Part shown: positions 8,501 to 14,702 of the stretch, piece after piece | Layout of the letters: every line of letters starts with the position of its first letter | Position numbering within the stretch: position 1 is the stretch's first letter | Translations under genes and position numbers: made by a program | NCBI GenBank assembly: GCA_030018605.1 | Contig: JASEHP010000001.1 | Coordinates: forward strand, 1 to 36,459 | Source: Thermodesulfovibrionales bacterium | GTDB taxonomy: Bacteria > Nitrospirota > Thermodesulfovibrionia > Thermodesulfovibrionales > UBA1546 | Length of the DNA stretch: 36,459 bases | Direction: 5' to 3' | Notes under the pieces: model-generated | Told to the model about the DNA's origin: nothing | The model's input: the letters and a program-made list of their open reading frames with translations, nothing else | Databases searched by the model: none

Positions 8501-8934
8501 TTCAGGTCAACCTCAGATGGTTTTATCCCATGCGGATCTTTTGTGTTTTTCCCTTCAAGAACCCTCGGGCAGTCCTTCAGGTCAGGCTTTCCTGTTTTGG
8601 GATTAATCAATTCCTTTCTTACATAAGCGCCCTTTGGCCTGTCCTTGTACATGAGCGCCTTATGGACATAAAATCCTTTTGTGCAGAGGACGCCCCTGTT
8701 CACAGGGCTCTTGAGGTCTCCTTTAATTGCAATAACCTTTGTTACCTTGCCTGCTGCGTCAACTTCACAGTCTGCTATCATAGTGCACCCAACTGCACAA
8801 TATCTGCACTGTCCCACTGGAAATGTTTTTATAGAACCAGCAGCAAACAGCATTTCCGGCTTAGCAATCCCGGCCCCAGCGGCAGCAGCGGTTATAGCGC
8901 TTGCCCTTAGAAAATCTCTTCTACTGAGTTTCAT
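5599..8934 (-). CDS. napA: Periplasmic molybdopterin oxidoreductase, NapA-like catalytic subunit, unusually long (1111 aa)
   Basis: TAT signal ([19 protein letters not shown]) and an N-terminal CX2CX3C...C FeS motif (CRYCAVGC...[11 protein letters not shown]). There is a NapA-type Mo-ligand segment ([20 protein letters not shown]). C-terminal NapA signatures are present: [20 protein letters not shown] and [20 protein letters not shown]. These motifs align to E. coli NapA as I recall it, but the protein is about 280 aa longer. Confidence 0.85.
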   Translation of the reverse strand: [1111 protein letters not shown]

Positions 8935-8952
8935 CTATGCCTCCTTTAGTTT

Positions 8953-9477
8953 TTACTTCTTGCCTTTTTTACTGGTTTTGCCAGCCGTTGGCTGTATGGT
9001 AAAACCGTCAGCGGTTATTGCATCTCCGAATGGAGAGTAATCGCCATTGGCAGCTATTGCCATTACTTTTAATTCTACGTCAACTTTTTCCTGAGGCGCC
9101 TTCCATTCAAATGCCCATGACCTGCGCTCAGAACCTTCTAATGTCTGTGTCAGATAGGAGTCTGAAAGCTGGGTGTTTTTCTTGTCAGATACTATTAATT
9201 CTCCTGCAGACGCCTTAACTGAAAATCCGCCCTGCACCTCACTCATGCTTTTTGTTTTGCAGTCTACACTCACGGTAAGTTTATATGTCATTCCCGGCTC
9301 ATATTGTTTTGGAATGCCTGTGACTTTAATAGTGGCTGGCGCGCTTGCTCCAGTGTGGCATGTATAGCATTCAAAATTTGGAGCGCTATTATTACTCGTG
9401 AAGCCTATTGAACCGAATAAGAGGGTAATGCTGAACAATACAATTAAATACATAACAGTCTTTTTAGTCTTTGCCAT
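8953..9477 (-). CDS. Secreted monohaem c-type cytochrome with a beta-rich domain, in the NapB position
   Basis: Single CXXCH (CYTCH) right after a signal peptide or anchor. The rest is strand-like (TYKLTVSV, GGFSVKA, WAFEWKAP, VELKVMAIAANGD). The ATG at 9477 has AAGGGGTGG upstream. The stop is 18 nt before the napA-like start. Confidence 0.7.
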   Translation of the reverse strand: MAKTKKTVMYLIVLFSITLLFGSIGFTSNNSAPNFECYTCHTGASAPATIKVTGIPKQYEPGMTYKLTVSVDCKTKSMSEVQGGFSVKASAGELIVSDKKNTQLSDSYLTQTLEGSERRSWAFEWKAPQEKVDVELKVMAIAANGDYSPFGDAITADGFTIQPTAGKTSKKGKK

Positions 9478-9580
9478 ATCCACCCCTTTTCTCCCGGAGA
9501 CACTCACAAAAGGTCTTAAGCGGGACGTTCTCAAATCAGGCTTTCAGATATTTTCTTTTGTAAGGGTCTCTTTTGAGTTT

Positions 9581-9612
9581 TTAAAAATAAAAGGGGGAGC
9601 TTGCGCTCCCCC
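9581..9612 (-). terminator. Rho-independent terminator downstream of the octahaem cytochrome gene
   Basis: GGGGGAGC / GCTCCCCC stem with a 4-nt loop, followed on the minus strand by TTTTATTTTT. It sits 15 nt after the stop codon. Confidence 0.8.
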
Positions 9613-9626
9613 AAATCTATCATTTA

Positions 9627-11396
9627 CTACTTTCCTGCTGGCATTGCTGCTGCTGCTCTTTTGTCAGCAATTGCCTTGTTCAGGATGTCAATGCCTTTCC
9701 ATGAAAGAACAACTGACCTTGCGAGTGTTACCTTGGCGTTCTCAATGTTATGGAAACCATCGGAATTCTCGCCGGTCCACCATTCCCAGTACATGTGCGC
9801 ATCTTCGTGGATCTTTCTAACTTCATTAAGTGTCTTCACATCAACACCCCAGTCTTTTGCGCGCTGGAATGCATCAACAAGTTCCCTCAGCCAGACCTCT
9901 GCCTTTCTCATGTTCTGCTTGACGTAGTTCTTCGCAGAGTCTGCGGCATAGCCGGCATCATGTGATGTCCAGTCCGGATGGCAGGTAAGGCATGGCTTCC
10001 ACTCCATCGCCCTTGGGGAAACATGGAAGTGGGAAGAATAGGTCTTGCCATCCTTGCCCTTCTTCTTGCCTGCTGTATGGCAGGTTGTGCAGGTTGCTCC
10101 AGCCTTTGCGTGAGTAGAGTTGTAGAATGCCTCTGCCTCAGGGTGCTGCGACTTCCAGAGCTTTGCGCCTGTGATATAGTGGGCTAAATCAAAATATTTC
10201 CACTTTTCAAGGTGCTTTTTAAAGGTCTCATCAACAATCTTATGCTTTTCAACCTTTGCCAGTCCCTTGAACGGGAAGTGGTTGGTCCTTCTGTCAGTTG
10301 CAAAGTCAAGGGCTACAGGCGGCTTGCCCCATTCAGACTTTTCATAGTCAAAGTGGAGACCGCAGTTGTACTCAACATGGCACTGACCGCACTGAAGTAT
10401 TGGGTCATACTTGCTGAGGATTGCAATCTTCCTCTCATGTCCGCGGAATCCGAGGCCGTCTTTATTGCTGTAAACCTTGATATCTGCCTTTCCGGGGTAG
10501 CCCTCATGCCAGAGTGTGTCGGTCTGGGTTGTGAGCGCCTCTATAAGAGCGTCTCTCACAATCCTCGGTTTTGCCGCATGCGGGTCATGGCAATGAATAC
10601 ATGGCAGAGCGTTCCTCAGATACTTCACCGCATTGTAAGCAGGATTTCCTGCTCTGCTGATGTCAGAGGTCTTTGGTGAAGGATCGCCCATGTACGGCCA
10701 TGCAAGATGGTCGTCAGATGATTTACATTTTAAACAAACAGGAACTGCCGCAGGAGCTGTCCTTTCCTGAAATGCCTTCTTGGGAGCCTTGAGGTCAACA
10801 TCAGGATATGCATCATAGAGGACATCCCATGCCTTGGGGGCTATGCCGCTCTTGTCTATTACATACTTGAAACCATTCTTTGACTTGAACCTTCCGCCGT
10901 AAGACCTGTCATTAATCAGATGGTCAATAAGCATATACTTGTGGCTTCTGGTCTCATTGTGGCTGATTTCAAAGGCATAAGGTCTGATGAGGGTTTCCCA
11001 GAAAGGCGAGCGGGACTTGGGGTCGCCCTTGTCAAACTGAGCCTTTTTCTCATAGTTGTGACCGATGAAACTTGCGTGCTGGTCTTTGTGACACTTGCCG
11101 CATGCCTCGTGGTCAGTGTTGGTTGAAGGTCTGCTCTTCACGTCTGCAAGGTGTTTGTCAATGCCATCATGACAGTTGATGCAGTTTACAGTCTTGTGGA
11201 TTCCATTTGTGTGGAAATCCTTAATAAGGGCATGGCATGCGTAGCATGTCTCTACCTTTACATCTTTTACTGCAGCTTTTGCTGCGGCTTTTGCAGGGAC
11301 AGCTTTCTTCTGGGCATCAGCACTCGTATAATAGACGCCTCCTACTATGACAAGCGCCAGAACTAAAATAAATGATACATAAATCTTTTTACTCAT
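9627..11396 (-). CDS. Octahaem cytochrome c nitrite reductase (ONR/TvNiR-like, NrfA-related)
   Basis: Seven CXXCH motifs (CYACH, CINCH, CGKCH, CIHCH, CGQCH, CTTCH, CLTCH) plus one CXXCK (CLKCK) as the fourth motif. NrfA-like segments are CLKCKSSD and CGQCHVEYNC. N-terminal signal/anchor. The ATG at 11396 has AAGGAGG 8 nt upstream; the tracked start at 11447 is less likely. Confidence 0.85.
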   Translation of the reverse strand: MSKKIYVSFILVLALVIVGGVYYTSADAQKKAVPAKAAAKAAVKDVKVETCYACHALIKDFHTNGIHKTVNCINCHDGIDKHLADVKSRPSTNTDHEACGKCHKDQHASFIGHNYEKKAQFDKGDPKSRSPFWETLIRPYAFEISHNETRSHKYMLIDHLINDRSYGGRFKSKNGFKYVIDKSGIAPKAWDVLYDAYPDVDLKAPKKAFQERTAPAAVPVCLKCKSSDDHLAWPYMGDPSPKTSDISRAGNPAYNAVKYLRNALPCIHCHDPHAAKPRIVRDALIEALTTQTDTLWHEGYPGKADIKVYSNKDGLGFRGHERKIAILSKYDPILQCGQCHVEYNCGLHFDYEKSEWGKPPVALDFATDRRTNHFPFKGLAKVEKHKIVDETFKKHLEKWKYFDLAHYITGAKLWKSQHPEAEAFYNSTHAKAGATCTTCHTAGKKKGKDGKTYSSHFHVSPRAMEWKPCLTCHPDWTSHDAGYAADSAKNYVKQNMRKAEVWLRELVDAFQRAKDWGVDVKTLNEVRKIHEDAHMYWEWWTGENSDGFHNIENAKVTLARSVVLSWKGIDILNKAIADKRAAAAMPAGK

Positions 11397-11617
11397 CCAA
11401 AATACCTCCTTATTGAAGTGATGCATCTTTTTTGCTGCTTGGACCATTTTACTGCTTTGACCATTTTGTTGTGCTTCTCACCCCCCTTATCTTATTTGTG
11501 GTAATCAATTTTATAATAATAGCACATTAATATAATTTTTGGGTTAGTAAATGTGCGGTTAATTTGTGTAAAGATTCGGTAAAAGTGTTTTTAGGAGAAA
11601 ACGTCTGAAAATGCGGA

Positions 11618-12295
11618 CTACTGTCTGAATTTGTATCCGGCGCCGGACACAGTCAAAATGTACTCCGGCTCGGAAGGATTTTTTTCTATCTTATGCCTGA
11701 GATGCTGGATATGGACGTCTATGACTCTGCTCCATGAATATATTTCAGATTCCCTCCATATCTTTTTTCTGATAAATTGCCTGCTGATTACTTCGCCTCT
11801 GTTTGTGATAAAGAGATGCAGCAGTTCATATTCCTTCGGGGTGAGTTCAATCTCTTTGCCTTTGACTTTAACTGTGTGAGCGCTGAAATTAACTTCCAGA
11901 TTATTGATTACGATTGTGCTGTCAACAGGCATGGTCCTTTTGAGGCACGCTCTTATTCTCGCTATGAGTTCAAGCGTTTCAAAAGGTTTTACTATGTAAT
12001 CGTCAGCGCCGCTTTCAAAGCCCATTACCTTATCAAAGACGCTGTCTTTTGCTGTGAGCATAATAATGGGTATTCTGGGATACTGGTCTTTCAATAACCT
12101 GCATATCTGGATTCCGTCGCTGTCAGGGAGCATGAGGTCAAGTATTATAATATCCGGCAGCTGATTATTCAGTATATCGTGCGCTTCTGCCCAATTGGCG
12201 GCTGTGACAGCATCAAACCCGTACAACTCAAAGTTTGCCTTAAGCACTTTTAATATGTCAGGGTCATCATCTACAACAAGCAGTTGTTTTTTCAT
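11618..12295 (-). CDS. OmpR/PhoB-family response regulator
   Basis: Receiver domain (LVVDDDPDI...IILDLMLPDSDG...LTAK) plus a winged-helix C-terminus (LTPKEYELL...EYILTVSGAGYKF). Overlaps the kinase gene stop. Confidence 0.9.
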   Translation of the reverse strand: MKKQLLVVDDDPDILKVLKANFELYGFDAVTAANWAEAHDILNNQLPDIIILDLMLPDSDGIQICRLLKDQYPRIPIIMLTAKDSVFDKVMGFESGADDYIVKPFETLELIARIRACLKRTMPVDSTIVINNLEVNFSAHTVKVKGKEIELTPKEYELLHLFITNRGEVISRQFIRKKIWRESEIYSWSRVIDVHIQHLRHKIEKNPSEPEYILTVSGAGYKFRQ

Positions 12296-13943
12296 CCAGA
12301 AAAACCTCTTTTCTTGTCATCGGTACAGTGAACCAGAAGCGGCTGCCTTTGCCTTCAGCAGTCTTTAGCCCTATCTCTCCGTTATGCGCTTCTATTATGC
12401 CTTTGCATATTGCAAGTCCCAGCCCTGTGCCGTCTTTCACGCCTCTTGAGTAGAATTGTCTGAATACCATCTCTTTTTCAGCCTCAGCGATACCATATCC
12501 CCTGTCCTCTACGCTTGCATTTGCATATCCGTTCGTTCCGGCGAGCGTGACAATGATATCGGATGATTCAGGACTGAAGTTTAACGCATTGGACAGAAGA
12601 TTTGTCAGCACCTGCTTTATCCTGTCTTCATCAGCATGAACTGTTACATCCTCTCCCCTGAGTTCTATATTGACTTTTTTCCCCTCCGCCAATGACCTGA
12701 AGCCTGTGATAACCTCATCAAAAACATCGTTCAGGTTTATTTCTTTAAAATGCATTTCAAATTCACCAAGTTCTATCCGCTCGTAGTCAATCACGTTATT
12801 TACCAGCCTTATCAGCCTCTCGGCATTATTTTTTATTACCTCAAAAAATACTTTAAGGTCTTCCTCATTCTCTTTTCCGTGCATTGAAAGTCTTACGGAG
12901 AGGTAATCCATTGCTCCTTTTATGGACGTAAGGGGCGTCCTTAATTCGTGTGAGATATTTGCAATAAAAGCGGATTTTGTTTTATTTAATCTCAACAGGC
13001 TCTCGTTTTTTTCTGTAAGTTCCCTCGTAGCTGTGATTATCTTATCATGGAGACACCTATGGTATTCATCAATAGACTTTGCCATGTCTATAAAAGATTT
13101 GCTTAACTCTTCAAGTTCGTCATTTGTTTTGATAACCGGGATATCAGGATTGCCGTCTTTTGAGAAAGCAAGCATGAGGGTTCTAATTTTTTTTATGGGG
13201 CTTATGACAAGTCGTTTTGTTGTCATAAACAACACGGCGATGAGCACCGCAACGGTAATAATGCTGCCGAACAGCATGTATTTTCTGTCAGAATGTATTA
13301 CATTGAATGCATAGTCCATCGGGATGGATACACTTATGGCTCCTCTTATGTCGCCGACATTATAGCCCTGCTTGTCATGGCAGTGAAGACATGCCTTTTC
13401 AACATAAAGCGGGGCAATGTATCTGAAGTAATAAGAGCGTCCAATCTTTTCAACAGTTGATGAGTCTTTTAGTTTTTTTGTCTCAAAGTCTTGAAGCGCT
13501 TTCTTTTCAAAGGCGTCAGGGGCATTTTCGGGATTCATGAGTTTAAGGCTGGTTATATGAAACCAGAAGAGCCCTTCTTTCGCAGCGTACATGGAAAGTT
13601 CTTTTGTGACCATGGCAGGATTTCTCTTAACATACCTCATGCCCTCGGTATCGACTATCTCTGATTTCATGCCTTTAAGATAAGGGTTTGGCTTTATCCA
13701 TGGCAGCCTTTCCACAAATACCCCTCCGTGGTCAGCGATCCACCTTCTTGTAATTACCAGCTGCTGGAACAGCGCCTTTGCCTGCATCTCTATCTGAGTG
13801 AGCACAAGCCTCTCGTGTCTTTTGGAAATGACGATAAGTGTTATTCCCATTACGGCAGCAAGGATTATGATTGTGGAGATTATATACTTCAGGCTAAGGT
13901 TTATCCGCATCTGAAACATCCATCGGAACAGCTGTTCCGGCAA
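12267..13943 (-). CDS. Sensor histidine kinase with an extracytoplasmic c-haem (CXXCH) sensor domain, HAMP, HisKA and HATPase domains
   Basis: One TM, then a ~190-aa domain ending in CLHCHDKQGYNVGDIRGAISVSIP (DUF3365-like by recollection), then a second TM. H-box SHELRTPL, with G-boxes in the C-terminus. The exact start is uncertain (TTG 13943, ATG 13919 or 13910; no clear SD). Confidence 0.85.
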   Translation of the reverse strand: MPEQLFRWMFQMRINLSLKYIISTIIILAAVMGITLIVISKRHERLVLTQIEMQAKALFQQLVITRRWIADHGGVFVERLPWIKPNPYLKGMKSEIVDTEGMRYVKRNPAMVTKELSMYAAKEGLFWFHITSLKLMNPENAPDAFEKKALQDFETKKLKDSSTVEKIGRSYYFRYIAPLYVEKACLHCHDKQGYNVGDIRGAISVSIPMDYAFNVIHSDRKYMLFGSIITVAVLIAVLFMTTKRLVISPIKKIRTLMLAFSKDGNPDIPVIKTNDELEELSKSFIDMAKSIDEYHRCLHDKIITATRELTEKNESLLRLNKTKSAFIANISHELRTPLTSIKGAMDYLSVRLSMHGKENEEDLKVFFEVIKNNAERLIRLVNNVIDYERIELGEFEMHFKEINLNDVFDEVITGFRSLAEGKKVNIELRGEDVTVHADEDRIKQVLTNLLSNALNFSPESSDIIVTLAGTNGYANASVEDRGYGIAEAEKEMVFRQFYSRGVKDGTGLGLAICKGIIEAHNGEIGLKTAEGKGSRFWFTVPMTRKEVFLDEKTTACCR

Positions 13944-14027
13944 TATAAGAACATTACATGATTCATATTCTGTAGTATAACAAAACAGGGGTGAAGGTCA
14001 ACAGGGGGCAGCCTCCCCTAAAGTAGC

Positions 14028-14207
14028 GATAAACAGGATTGGTTTGAGCGACATTAGAGATTTTTCGTTTTCGTTCTTGGCGAAATGCAGCACTAACAGC
14101 CGCAACTGTCTGATGCCGAGGCATCGGCAGAGTTTTGCGGCTGTAGCGGAATGAGCCGTAGAACGACAGAAAAATATCTGCGGAAGCGAAAGCCAATCCT
14201 GTTTATC
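14028..14207. mobile_element. MITE-like hairpin element, copy 1 (180 bp)
   Basis: Perfect 15-bp terminal inverted repeats: GATAAACAGGATTGG (14028-14042) and CCAATCCTGTTTATC (14193-14207). AGC flanks both sides. The interior is a long imperfect palindrome. It is homologous to 30854-31042. Confidence 0.75.
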
Positions 14208-14276
14208 AGCAGATTTCGGGACTCATTTCCATGAGAAAACAGCAGGGAAGACCGCCCGCATTGCTTTAATTTAATG

Positions 14277-14405
14277 CTAATGCGCTCCGTGTATAAGAAC
14301 CGGCAGGCATCTGACACACACGAACTTTTCTGTCCCTTCATGGATACACTTAAGATATACCACTCCCTTGTTTGATTGTCCGCATACAAAACACGTTGGT
14401 TCCAT
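14277..14405 (-). CDS. Untracked 42-aa zinc-ribbon-like protein (two CXXC pairs)
   Basis: MEPTCFVCGQSNKGVVYLKCIHEGTEKFVCVRCLPVLIHGAH. GGAGGA lies 6 nt upstream of the ATG. It starts 2 nt after the stop of the DUF1858 gene. It is below the ORF-track length cut-off. Confidence 0.6.
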   Translation of the reverse strand: MEPTCFVCGQSNKGVVYLKCIHEGTEKFVCVRCLPVLIHGAH

Positions 14406-14407
14406 TT

Positions 14408-14620
14408 TTATTCCTCCAGTGAATTAAGTTCTTCTATAACCTTGCCGGGGTCAACATTATGCATCATTGCGCCGAATGAAAGAGACTCCACCTTCATGCC
14501 CGGACATGTGAAGCAGCCGTTGCCGAAATACTTTTCTATGACCTTTGACGCAGCAGTGCTGTGTTTTACTATGTCTCCTATTACGCTGTCTTTTGTAAAT
14601 TTTGTCTTTGTCGCTATCAT
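14408..14620 (-). CDS. DUF1858 / hybrid-cluster-protein-associated redox-disulfide-type small protein
   Basis: 70 aa with ...VIGDIV...P....VIEKYFGNGCFTCPGMKVESL..., as I recall for the DUF1858 (ScdA/RIC N-terminal-like) family. Strong SD (AAGGAGG). Confidence 0.7.
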   Translation of the reverse strand: MIATKTKFTKDSVIGDIVKHSTAASKVIEKYFGNGCFTCPGMKVESLSFGAMMHNVDPGKVIEELNSLEE

Positions 14621-14702
14621 CTCTGCCTCCTTTAATGTTCAGGATTTTGCCTGTTCTTGCTTTCAGTTTAACTATAAACTCAAAAGAAGTTTATGATATG
14701 TG

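Noticed and set aside
8146-8910. 254-aa plus-strand ORF, one of many 60-150-aa ORFs antisense to the NapA-like gene
   Set aside because: It lies entirely antisense to a gene with unmistakable NapA motifs. Its translation is Cys/Phe/Ser-rich and low in information content. It has no ribosome-binding site. This is a typical shadow ORF.
5599-8934. The molybdoenzyme as a periplasmic NxrA/type-II DMSO-reductase-family enzyme, given its ~1100-aa size
   Set aside because: The N-terminal cluster motif is CX2CX3C and the Mo-ligand region is the NapA-type CMASAV (Cys ligand). The C-terminal NapA signatures are also present. No NxrB/NarH-like or NarJ-like genes are adjacent, whereas NapG, NapH and NapD are.
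13963-14389. Tracked minus-strand ORFs 13963..14196 (77 aa) and 14093..14389 (98 aa)
   Set aside because: Both run through the MITE-like palindrome (14028-14207) and lack SD sequences. The second overlaps, in a different frame, the much better supported 42-aa zinc-ribbon ORF (14277-14405).
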